Below are positions 22,293-35,400 of a stretch of DNA of 64,000 nucleotides, in pieces. Numbering within the stretch: the stretch's first letter is position 1; each line of letters opens with the position of its first letter. The position numbers and the translations under genes were made by a program. The notes under the pieces are model-generated. The model made no database searches and was not told the origin of the DNA. It worked only from the letters and a program-made list of their open reading frames with translations. Source of the stretch: Yuukianura sp. NJ FZ-2021 (Eukaryota); assembly GCA_046563655.1 (NCBI GenBank), contig CM102289.1, positions 5,952,001-6,016,000 of the forward strand, in the 5' to 3' direction.

Positions 22293-25200
22293 TGAGCGCC
22301 TAAGAAGCTGGTTTTGGTCCCAATGTGAAAGTTTCCGCCAGGGAAATTCTGAGGATACTTATACTTTGTCTTCATGTAAACTTTTGTTCCTATTACTTAA
22401 CATTTTATGTTTGGTTAGGTACAGTCAGTGACTATGTGACTAAGGTATTGTCAAGAGACGAAAGTGTCAACAAAGTAAACAGAATTTATTCTTACTTTTA
22501 CTTTAGACTAACAAAAGACGTTTTTAGCAAATTATTTTCATTTAGTCAAATATTACACCCCTTGGGGTCACTAACCCGTCAGCAAACGCCCAAAAAATTC
22601 TGTACATTTCGTAGTTTGAATACTGAAAATGTGAATTCCTGGACAAATTTTTGTTTTGGTGACGAAATTTTTGAAAATGTTTTTGTCTATGATCGGGATA
22701 CTGCAACCATATTCTACACGTAAAATTAGATTTGAATTTAAGTGCGCACCAAAATTTGAAAAGTTACGTTTTTGGTTTTCGGTTTTTGACGGTGTACTTT
22801 TGCAATTCCCTTGATGCTTGTAAAGACCCCACCGTTTTTTTTTGTGTTCGCTTGTTCAAAAGTTTTAAGGATACGCGTAGGAGGAAGAAAGTTTTATTGT
22901 CTCCTGGCCATTGGAGCGTGTGAGAAAGAAAGCGCGAAATTGTGAATGGAATGAGAACTATGCCTTTACACTTGTTTCCGTAGTTACTCCCTCCACTTTC
23001 TCCTTTCTTCAAGAAACCACGGAATTCATAAAGACGCTGGATTAGACCTAAGCGTTGAAAACGTTCAAAAACTGAAAGTCTTCCTTGTCTTGTGGTTCTG
23101 ACGATGAAACAGTGAAGAAGATTACACGTCTTTCTTTCCCTTTGTTTTCTTTTGCTTCTTTTATTATGAGCTCAAACAACGTTCCTGGGCCCTGGGGTAG
23201 GGTAAGGTTATCTATCCGCACCCGTTTGCGCGGGAAGTCAGGATTCCCGCGGAACATTTGAACTTCCTCTTATCTCCCTTCCGTCTGGACTCATAACTGC
23301 CAAAATGATGAAGAGAAAGTCCTTTCTGAAGAAGAGAACAAGGGAAAGCTCTGTTCATTAAATGCTTTCTACTCCACTAGTATCAGACAAATGGACTCAT
23401 ATGGAAATGGAGCGGGAAACAAAAATGGGATTTGAATGAAGGAGGCGGCAAATGCATTCAAAATGGCCGTTAAGCAAAAACACGATTGCTATTGTCATTG
23501 TCTCGGCTGGAAATGGACTAGTGGAGGTCAAAGGTCATGGATCCTAGGACAACGTGGCCTTAAATGAAGAAAGCCTATTTTCTCCTGAGCCCAATTAAAC
23601 CCTTTCACCAAACACTTAAGGAATTAAGGCCAGGCTCACACATTAACTCAGAGGTTAGGCTTAAAGACCTTCAGTAACCATTTATCCACGCCAAATTTGA
23701 CATTACGCGCGTCACGTTTCACGTCCTGCCTCACTCAGCCGTAAACACATTTAGTCCGTCTGAGTTGTTTTAAAGTTCCCGGCTTGAATGCATTAATTCA
23801 CGCTAACGATTAAGCCGCTTTCGCTTGCAGCTTTCTAAACTTTGATACGATTTGAAAATACGCGGTTAAATGCATCCAACTCCAGTCGTGAAAGGTGTTC
23901 GTTTTACGAATTTTGAAAATCCATTGTACTTTTTTTTTTTTGAAAATCTAACAAGCATATAACTTAATTCGAAGAAATAAATTTTTCTCAAGTTTCGCTT
24001 TTGAGCCGAACGGTAAAACTGACTTTCTCCAGCCTTTCATTTTTGAGAACTGAAAAATAACAAGGAAAAGTTTGTAAATCGAACATGAAGAAGCGACAGG
24101 AAGGAGATGACATTTCGTATCGATTTCTCCATTTTTTAACGACTTCAAATTTCGCGCCACATTATCTCTCATGCTTCCGTTTTCGAACACAGCCTCGTAT
24201 TGTTTTTGAAGCTAAAACCTTGAAATAAACTGAACTCAAAATAATCCTGTACGCTTTTTCTAAAATTTAATGTTGTAGATGGCGCTGTACTGGTTGCATG
24301 CTTCACTCGGTGGAGTTCCAGTCTTAGAAGTGGCGGGAAAATTTAAATTTGTGATTGGTGTAGTCGGGTGATTTGGGAAATGAATAGGAGGAAGCGTTGC
24401 CCAATTGCCTGGACGTGTTGAAGCATCTGATCTTGCTCATCCGTCGACTTCACTACTACTGTACTTTGCTAGTCCTGGTTGAAGTAGAGATGCAGAGATG
24501 AGATTTTCGGTTGAAGTAGAGACGAAGACGCCTCAATGTTCCCAGGAGACTGAGACTCTAATCGCATTCACAGAGACGACTTTCCCCGCGTAGAATTTCT
24601 TTACTTTCGCCAGTTTCAGTGTTTTCTCCTCTCTGGTCCATGAAAGGCATCAGGACTTGCCAAACTGAAAGTCTAAAAGTTTTAACCCAGCTCTGTTGTA
24701 GCTCCAGTTTTGCCCATTTCTGTTTGGAGCTGCATTTACATGAGTCCAATTACCCATTAGAAGGCTAGTGTCTCTCCTTGCTTTGGAAGACACGACGCCC
24801 ATTAGACTTCTGCTGCTTGACTATTTCAAAATACTTCGCCAAAATTGTACCCCGTTCTTCGTCGTCTAATTAGACGTTTTTTCGTCTTCAGAGGAAACTG
24901 GAAAGCACTTTTCAGTTCCACTTTGCAAAATGACTTTTACATTCAAAATGAAATATAAAGTTTTATACAATAATAATATAAATATAGAAGAAAGGCAGGT
25001 TCAAACTAACAATTTTAAATAAAATTCAAAGGAAGGCGGAAGAAGTCAAATCTTTTTGTAGATAAATTTTGTTTCTTATTTATTTTTTTCTTTGAGTTGC
25101 ACTACTTACAACACAGGTTTGTTAACTAAAAAATCAAAATTCAAATCAACATACTCCACTTCCACCAAAGGGACCAATTTACACGAAACTTTTTTTTTCA

Positions 25201-26444
25201 AAAGTAAAAAAAATGTATTTTTTTTAAAGGAAGTTTTCCTTTCTTTATTCTTAAGGTGTTGAAGATGTTCTGACTAGCAGCAGTTTTATTAAAAAATTTT
25301 CCTCCCAATTTTTCAATTATTAACAAAAAATTTGTTCGTACCACTTTAAAAACTTTCCAGCTTCGAATTTCCAGTGCGCCAATTTACCAAATCAGAAAAT
25401 CTTCGACTTTTGAGTTAGTAGCTTAAAAAATGAGGTCGTTTCTTCCCTTCAAAAACATCGATAGCATACTGTTAGAACCTAACGTAAAACCTAACAAGAT
25501 TGAAAGTCTAGCCTAACAGAGGAGCAGGTACAGTTAGGTCTGGTGGCGGGAAAAGTAGGAGTAGAAGCACTTTTCGCTGGAGAAAGTGAGGAAATGAGTG
25601 CTTGAGAACTTTCAGTTTTCGCCTAAAAGAAAATAGACTTTTTGAGCCAAGTGGGGAGGAAAACAAATTGGAAGTTTAGCACACAATTGGAAAGAACCCG
25701 GGTAGGGGAAAAACGACTTTCTCCCGGGTAGAATTCTACGCAAAATGGGAACGTTTTAAGAAAAGGAATAAAGGTTCACAATTGCCTAATCCAAACTAAT
25801 TCCTTCTTTTCATCTGCTGGGTGATGCTGGGAAGATCTGTCTAAAAAAGAGGAAAGGGGGAGGGGGAGGACGATGGCGGGAGTGGAGGGGGCGGGGGAAC
25901 TAACGACTACAAACTGGAGCTTGCCTGTCACATAAACGTATACGTATACCTTAACCTAAAGACTTAAGACTTTAGGGCTAATAACCCTTTCTCCTCTGTG
26001 TAAGTCGTCGTTAGGTTAAGGTTAGTAACCTAACTTTCTCCGAAAGCAAAAGTGAAAGTATGGGTAGCAAAATAGTTCATTTTGAAAATGGCGGCAGAAA
26101 GTCACAAATGACTTTGCTCATTCCTCGATTGCTGAGCAAGAAGAAGGTGAAAGTGGAGTGGGCTGAATGGGCTTTCTCCTCTCTTTTTACTATCCAATTT
26201 CCTTTGATTTTGTTCCTTAAAACTTTGTCTATTAGACTTATTTCCATTGTTCTCTTTTTTTAAAGTTCTTAAATTTACATTTTTTTTTCGGAATTGGAAG
26301 TTTAACTTTTTAAATTGTCTTGCTATCTAAACCCAATCTAAAATTTCAAACACAAAAGTTAGTATCACAGGCTTTCACTCGATATTCGAAAACTTCCCGG
26401 TTTTTTCAAACTCAAATCCGGAACGGCCATTTCCCTTAACCTTA

Positions 26445-29400
26445 TCATCTAAAGTAGTGAAATGTGAGCAGAGAAGTAGCAGTGAAAATGACAAGCGGAG
26501 ATGAAACTGTGGAAGCAATTCCATGTTCTCCATGCTGCATTGCGGCGGGATGCTCACCTGTTCAAAAAAAAATTCAATCTTTTAAAATTTTGAAAATTCT
26601 GAGATTTTAAAACAAACTTTTCAAAAAGCGGCTCAAGGTCAGCGAGAAAGAGTGTTTTCTCTACTTTAAAAAAAAACTTTCGCCTTTGCAAAAGTCAAGA
26701 TTTCCCATCGGTCATTAAAAAAAAGTTTTGTACCATGTTTACTTCACGCGCACGCGACAAAAAACTGCGCTTACTTTTTTGAGCCCCCAAAGACTGAAAA
26801 CTTTTGCAAATCCCTTCAAGACTTTTTTCTTCGGAGCTTTGTGCGAAACTTGAAAGACTAAAAGAGGAAAAGTGAAAGAGGGGAAAGACTTTGGCTAACG
26901 CCATATTTTTCAGTCCGTTACGCAGGAGCCTTATTAAAGAAAATCTTTCAGAAACTCCGGAGGAATTTTGGTTGTTACAAAAGCTGAAAAATCCTTTTCA
27001 AAAGTTTCTGCCACAACTTCAATTTGCATTTGAAGTCAATCGAAATTGGCGCGTAAAAAGTTTAAGTTAAAAAAATCTTGTTATGCTTTTGTTTGGAGAG
27101 GGAAGATAAGAAGGAGGACTTCCCCGAAAAAGAAAGGGAATTGACAGTATTGGCAACTTCAGAGTTTTGCAAAAAGAAAAGGATTTTTGGCGCACTTTTC
27201 AAAATAATGACTTCAAAAACCTCTTCTGGTTTTCTGAGAATAAGGAAAGTGGAACAAAACCAAAAGTTAGTTTCAAAAAGAAACTTTTTAAAGAGCTTAT
27301 AGGATTTTGAAGTCTACGAGGCTCTTGTTTATGCCTTGTTTACTTCTCTAATTTCTTTGTTCAACTTTCTCCAGGTGTTTCCCCTCTTTGCAAAATAAGT
27401 ACTGGCTTTAGTTTTTTGAAAAACAAAAGTTTTTTGAACCAGAAACTTTATTCAAGAAATATTTAGAATTTCGGAGTTAAGATTTGTTGAAGCAAGAAAA
27501 AATCACTTGAAACAAAGTAGTAAGCAAAACAAGAAACAACTTCTTGTGAATGCTGTGTTGTACAGATAAGCCATCAAAATTTACTTAACCGCTAAGACTC
27601 TAATAAATTTTTTTTAAATAAATAGTTTTTTTTTGTGATTTTGTGATTGATATAAGTTAAAAATTTCTTACCGTTGAGAACATGAACCCAAACGGATGCT
27701 TGATGGGCGTTGGATGGGACACAAGTATAGTTTCCGGAATCTGCGAGCGTTGCCTTGGTAACCAGCAGCTTACTGGTTGTTGCGGTATCCGTTTTTTCTG
27801 TTTCCAAGGAGATACCACCACGTGGGGAATCAAAATCGACTATGGCGTTTCCATGGTACCACGCCACGGACCCGGGTGGTTGTGACTGAATGTTGACTGA
27901 ACAAGTGAGGCTGATGGTGGAGCCCGTTTTGACGTATACGTCATCCGGCCCCCAAATTTTCGCTTGAGCTTCTAGAACAATCGCAGGCAGTTTTAGACTC
28001 GTGCAAACATATAGGCGTTTAGTTTTTAGACTTCTTGCAGTTTAGCTTAGCTAAGAAGTCAATAACCTCTCACAAGTGCAGCGTCAACAAAGAAAAAAAG
28101 GCGGCAAACAAAAACTTTAATACAATTCTTTTCACGAACTGCACTTCCGCATTTGTTCAAATACAAAACACAGTTCCCGCTTTTTCTCTTTCTTTTCTAT
28201 TGGAATCTTCCATTCCCTAAAATTTCAGAAGACAGCTTCCAGGAAGATAAAAATGTCAGCCCTGTCCTGTTTATTTCTCATTTTGAAAGGAAAGCTGATT
28301 AAGGAGAAAATTTAGATGTGAAAGCCCATGAGAAAACTTCTGAGCTGGCAGGCGGGGTGCTAGATACGCAACGGCGCCTGCAGGACGACGTTAACTTAGG
28401 TTATGTTAGAGTAGTGAGTAGCCAACTAGCACTCAGTTGCAGAAGTCATAAATTCCCGCCTTCTAATTAATCCCCTCTCTGCACAAATATTTATTTATTG
28501 CCGTACTTTCTCCAGTTGCCACCGAAGAGCTTTGATTGGTGAAAGCATCTTCTGCACTGCATTTCTCCAGGAAATGATGATCACCATCATCATCATCAAG
28601 AAGATGATGATGAGGGTTGGAGTTCATAACGCAAGGTTGTTTTGGAGAGCCCGCACTTTTCAAATTTCCCTCATGGCCACCATCACCTCATCCTGGTTTG
28701 GGGCAATGTGAGAAACTTTTCAAGTTTCCACCAGCGATGAGGTGGGGGGAAACTATGAATAATGATAAGTCATTAAGGGCCTTCTGGATTTTATTATTTC
28801 CCCAACACCATAAACACTTCTGTCTGGCTCAAGGCACACTACATCATTCACTCCAACCTAAAGGACATACGCCGCGGATGCCCAATTAAATCCAGAACCA
28901 AATTTATCACCATGGACCTGCGCCCGTCGCTGGAACGAGCGAAATCGCTGCTGGATTTTGGCGGGAGCTCCAAAGTCACTTTTTCAAAATTTGGCTCTTC
29001 GCGCCAACCATTGTCCCAAGAGCACCGTTACCCGTTGCCGTGCTTATGATGCAGAAATATGCTAAGGGTTTCCGGCCTTTCCGAAATTTTGGAGCGACGA
29101 AAAGTAACGGTTTTGGTTAGCTGCACAAACTCACCTTCTTTTCCAAAAGGTAAGAACGGCTCTTGGAGCCATAAAATCTCTCTTCCAGAAATGTTAACAT
29201 TTCCGCCAAGTTCCGCTAGGAGTGAAAAGCGCGGGCTCTTTTGAATTTGTTTTGAAATAGTTTCTGTAGCTCTTATTTCAATATTCCTGTCCTTCCTGCC
29301 GTCTCTGACCTTCTCTAGTCCACAATGGAAATCCAATTATGGACCAGGAGACCCACACATCTCCCAAAAGGCTCCCTCCAAAACCACAATCACACTAAAT

Positions 29401-32400
29401 CAAAAGAAGAAAAGCAGGTCATGGGGGTCGTGAAGAAGAAATATGATGGTGAAAGGGAAAGCAGAGAAAGTGAAAAGAGGGCTGACTGCTGGATTGAATT
29501 TTGGTCAAAGCGATTTTGAAAAAAAATTGCGCAAAAACGGCAAAAGCAATAGAAATTGAAAAAGTGAAAGTGTGAGAACCTTTTGTGGGGCGAGTGGAAT
29601 GGATGCCTTGCTCCGAAAGCATTTCACGATCTGCAACACAATCCAAAAGCAAAGAGAAAGACATGGTTTTTACTAAAGATTTGAAACAAGAAAGAGCATG
29701 CGTAGTAGTGTTGTTGAAATGCAGACTACTCAGTATTGAGGTTGGCGACCTTTTCACAAATGGGCTTTGCTTACCTTCAACATTAAGGAGCATAGCCATG
29801 TTCATCTTAGGTTCGGTATTAATTTGACACTCGTAGACGCCTTGAAAGAATCAAACAAAAGTGATAAATTTTCACATAAGTTTGATAGCTTAAACAGTAA
29901 ACTTCTTCTTGGTTTACCTGCATCTCGTTTCTGCGCAAATCGAATTTCTAAGCTCCAATCGTCAGAGTTCTCAGGATGAACAACAGCGAAGCGAGCATCA
30001 CCCGTAAACGTAAAAATTTCTGACGTTAGAACGTGAAGATCCCTTTTACGGATCCAGGAAACCTGAAAAAAAATAGTTCAAATACTTTTTAGTCTTTTAA
30101 TTTTAAATTAAAAGAAAATTTTAAAAGTGTAATGTAAATGTAATGTAACTGATGCTAGTTATCTCCTCATCTCCATTTCTATTGATCTGGCACGCGTCAT
30201 TGAAGTTGTGTATGAAAACAATCGAACTAGAAAACGTAATGTCTTTGAAAAGCACGCCGCGGTTTGTTTTTACGTGTTTCAAAAGAGAAAGTGGAAATAT
30301 TGATAATGGAATGCGCGCGTCATTTCAAATTCCTGGTAAGCCGAGGAAGAAAATAAATTGAGCAATCAAACGAGTCTATAAAAGTAATAGGAACTACGCT
30401 CTTTCGTTACGCATGCCTGAATGTTTACTACCTGGATTTTCCAAATTCCATTTTTGTTTTATCCTAACCACAAATTTCAAAGTTTTTGTTTTAAAATCCT
30501 AAAGTTTTCAAAATCCACGTTTCTTGAGATAATACTGTTTCAAGATTAAGGTTAGTGAAGCGTCTAGTTTATTAATAAAAGACGTGAGATGTGTTTTTAG
30601 TGTTTCTGTGTTTCTAAAAAACACTTTCTCTTGTTTTCCTCCTGAGTGGAGGAGTCAATGAGGCGAGGCAGCCGCTCGAAAAAACAGGAGAAAGTAGTTT
30701 TTTAGTTTCTAAAAAGTTTTTTTTTCTTAAGTTCTTTTTTGAGTTTTTTCCAGCTTCTATTCTTTGGGAGTTTGTCCATAAATTCCCGTTTGCTTTCACC
30801 ACTTTCTCTTTTTCCGTTGGAGTCGATTTTGTTCCCTAAATTCTTCCAATTGTTTCCATTAAATAATATGAGTCCTTTTCTAACAATTCCATAACTTCCA
30901 AAGTCCATTCTCCGTCTAGAATTTATCTAAGAATTCTAAGCTGTTCTAGAAACTCTGGTTCTAGAATTCCTTTTTCTTTTTGTTCTCAACTGAGGACACA
31001 AACAAAAAAACTTATGGCTGTGTCCTGGAAATGTCATCAATACTTCCAAGTCAGAGGACTTTATGGGTTGAGAGGCATAAAAAGAGCCAATGACCAACAT
31101 TACACAACTTAACCACCGCCACGGTGCTTTTCACGGTCCTATCGACTTCCCTTGAGAACCAACTCGGCCGAGAAAGTGATGTGACGACGATGGAAGTTGA
31201 CGACGATGGTCACTGGAATTTCATCATTTCTGACGGTCTTCACATCATCATTACGGTAGGTTAGGCAATTAGGTTACGTCACCAAAGTTGTCAAATCACT
31301 CATTGAACCTATATGACCCGAAAACAAGGTCATGTGAAGGTTATTTCCACTAACACCCTGCCTAAATCCGATTGTTTACGCATGAGCCTGTGCCCGCAGA
31401 TTTCAAAAAATGAGAAACGCGGGAAAAGAAAAAAATTGAATTTTGACGTAGGGCTTATGCAGGTAAATCTGGAATTTTGTTGTGTTATTTTAACCCTACG
31501 TTCTTTCGTTTTTTTTTGTTGTTGCAAAAATGTTTTTCTGGCAACTGAAAGTGTCACTTTTGCCACGGTGGAAATATTGGTCCTGTCATGTTTTCCCGTT
31601 AAGTCTCCTGGCTAAGGGAGTCGCAGAAAGTCTTTGTGACATCATCAAACACAAACAGCTCCTTCCGCTTCCTCTTTATCGCATTATGGTTCCAACTTCC
31701 CACCAACGAAAATGGCGCCCTATTCGAAAACTCTAAAGCGCCCTTTATCCTCCTCCTCCCCACCCCTCCTCCTGCTGCTTTTGCTAGCAACAGCAGTAGT
31801 ACAAGGCATTTACGGCCAAAGCTCAGGACTTTAAAGGAGTCCAAAGCTTCCTGGCAGGGTGAGGCTGTGAGCACGTAGTCTTGAATAGCATAGTCTCTCT
31901 AATCTCCCGCTTTCCGCGACAGGGAAAGTGGACTGCCTGCGGGGGAGAAAGTTCAGGAATCACGGACTCCCGGGAAGGTGTCAACTTTTGGCGGGAGGAT
32001 TTCAAATCTACTTTTGTCCCTTGACGCCCCTTGTTCTCCATCACGACGACGACCTCCCTCGCATTTCCTCTGACAGTCACAATTGTGACATAAAGTTTAG
32101 AAAACAAAACGGATCATCAACCTACAACCTACTCTTAAAAGGTTTTCATTTTAAACCGAGCTTAACCGTGTGGACGCGGGAAACTGTTGAAAATAATTTC
32201 AAATTTTGGCAACAAAAACTGACCTTCGAATTTCACGCTTTGAATAGAGAGAAAGCAAAAAGCGCTAGAATTGGAGTCGAAAACGTGGGATGTGATTAGA
32301 TATTTTGAGTTAATTTGAAATTTTACTATTGAAATTTTTTTTGGAAAAGTTCAAATTAGAGTTTGTTAAACTCTTCTGCTATTTTTGGAATTTGGATATT

Positions 32401-35400
32401 GCACGGCATACGGCATCATCGAAATAAGATTTACCGCTGTGGAAAATAACGCAGCAAAGTGCGATTTCATGCTTGATGTATGTTGTTACAAAACAGTCGC
32501 TTTCTTCAAATTCGCTTATATAGCATAGAAGGACGTGTTAAATTTTAATGTGGCGCATCAGCTTCAGTCCACGTTTTCCCAAATCCTCCATTTTCAACTC
32601 AATTTCCACCCAAATCCACCACCGCAACACCCAAAGAAGACAAACGGCGCCAAAAAACAAATCGACCAACTCTGAACTTTTGTTTTGAAAGCAGAAAGAG
32701 AAACCTAATGTAAACTGAAAGAACCTAACCAAAACGCACATTAGCCTAAACCTAATCCCAAAGGCCTAGCTGTGTCACGTGTTGAATTTCATTGAAAACC
32801 TCCGGTTTGACATGCTACGCCTCCAGGCATGTCAAAAATTTCAGGATCCTTCAGCATTTTCATCATAACCTAACTAACCTAACTCCCTCCATCCTGACTA
32901 CTAAACTAACATCAGTGGCATAGTAGATACAAAACTCATGTGTAATGGTATGCACTCCGTATGATAACGGTAGCAAGTTCGTTCAAGTGCACTCCAAATG
33001 GAAAAGTGAAGAGTCCAGCAGTAGTGAAAATATGTGAAGTTGGGCAACTGAAGTGAAAGTGGGTGACGTGGAAGGCGGAGTTTTGCGTGATCTGTCTTCA
33101 TTCGACTAGAATTGCAAGACATTCTCCTTTCTTTATCCAATTCCTTTAGAGTTTTAGGTTCGGAGGAAAAGGTTTTAGGTTAGGCTAAGATTTTAGGTTA
33201 GGGATTGTTAAGTTAGGCTGAGAAAGCAGAAGAAAGGAGTCTTGTGCTTTCACTTTCCGATTACAAATCTCCAGCCACGTTTTGTCCTCCAATAAGGACC
33301 TGTCAGTCAATGGGGATTCATGTCACCCATTCATGTCAGGATTTATGCCCTCCCGCCGACTACCACACACATAACATACACGAACGACCCAAATTCAAAA
33401 ACACATTAGGAACCTTACTCACTTTCCCGCGCCGCACCAACTTCTCCCGCGCCTTTGGTTTTTCGTGCGGTCGACGAAAAGGATTAAAGAGAAATCACAG
33501 ATTCCATGGAAACCACACAATGACTTTCACATCCTTCTTCTTCTGACACATTTTTCTTTCGTTTTACAATAGGTTTCCAGATTCAAGAAAAAAATCGAAG
33601 ATTTTTCAAAAGATTTAAGAAAGCAAAAAAAAGTACTTTTTGCTTAAAATCAGTTTTACAATAAAAAAAAAGATTAGTTGAAATTTCGTAGGATTTGACC
33701 CAATTCAAACCCTTCGAACCCGTTTATTATGTTTCGATTTCCTTTCAATTTTTTTGTTGAATTTTTGTACAACTTGACCCACGTAGTTCCTGGAATGAAA
33801 GTTGAGAAATTCCAACTCCCGTTTTTTTTTTGTAAAGAATTTGACATTTGGTCAACTTTGAAGCAGAAGAAATTAAATTGTGAAAGCGACGCGCTTAAAG
33901 TTACACAAGAAACTTAAGTGTGCGTGTCAAATTTTCCTTCTTTTGTCCTACTTTCTGTGATCTTGATTTCGTTAGCATCGAAAGTGAAATTGTTTTATTC
34001 GCTTTCACTTTCATTTCATTGTAACCTAACGCAACGTGACCTACTAACTCACCGTTCTATCTCCCAAGTGTCGGACACGACATCTGAGTAGTGCCGTTTG
34101 ACCCACAACAGTCGTCACGTTCCTTGACCCAACACTGTCAAAGTACGGTCTCTCAATTTTCCCATTTTCTGTTTGAAACGAACCGGACACTCCTGGAAGT
34201 CCAACGTCAACAGTCTCCACACCTGAAAAAAATCAAAAAGAAAAATGTCAAATGTATTTTGGCACAAAAAAAATTTGATCGCTAAAACAGTTTCAAAGAA
34301 AATACTTTCATCTTTCTCTTTTTGTTGTTCCAGGAACAAGGCGCGACGTTTTCAGTTTTCAAAAAATTGGGTTGCTACGTCGCAGTTCCCAATTTTTGGT
34401 TGAATTTACGTATTTTGTGTATGACACTTTTGCCAAAAAACACATTTTGTGCCCAGGCATGTTGTGACTTTGGAGGAGAAAGTGAGTCGTCTGACAAAGT
34501 CAAATGGCTAAGTAAAATTTTATGATCCTTATGGCTCGAAATGAGGAATGGATTTTCTATTCATGGAATATAGAAGGGAAAGCATTAAGTGAGGTTTTGC
34601 TTTCTCCTGCTTTCACTTTTTTTTTCGTTTTAAAAAAAATCCGTTCAAACGACCTTCTCCTCCGCCCTCCTGGCAGAGTCCATAAGGACGTTAAGGCCAG
34701 AGAAAAATCTTCTTCACAACGCCGAGTGGCATTTCTTTCCGCTTCACTGAGATCACCTCATCAATTTAAACTGAACCAAACCAATCCACCGCCGCCCCTC
34801 TGTGGGTGGATGGAGGAAGTGGTGCAGAGAAAGTATTTTCAAAAAATATATATGAAAATTCAAGAGTCTAAAAAATGAATCTATAGTTGGCCCAAATTTT
34901 GGTGAGATCGGATTTGGGGGAGGGGAAGGTGAACACTTTGATCAGATTTTGGTAAGGTGCGGTGGGAGGTAAGGATATGAACAAGTACAAGGTGAGCGGA
35001 AAATTACATTCAGTTTTTCCGCACCATACTCATGCTAACCAATCAGAGTGAATGTTTTTGAAATCGGTGTAAAGGCTGGGAAGCATCCAAGTGTGTCACG
35101 ATGGCGCTCAGAGAGAAACATGTGTACATGGGTACTAGTTTATGCGTTTGAATTTTGGCGGGTGCTCACCGGGGTGTAGAATCCAAGAGGCATGAAATGG
35201 AGACATTTATTTCAAAAGATATTCTCCAAACTAAACGAAAAACCAAAGGAGAATCCGGATTGAATTATGGAGATATTCTTTCCGTTTTCACAGGTTAATA
35301 AGGAAACACCCATAACAAAATTTTCCGCACTTTCTAGCTACATCCAATAAGAGGGCGGGACATAACTTTAAAAATTTAAAGGCTCGCGACACATTTCCTG

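Noticed and set aside
28588..28612. (CAT)n-AAGAA-(GAT)n hairpin
   Set aside because: Simple juxtaposed microsatellites with no evidence of function.
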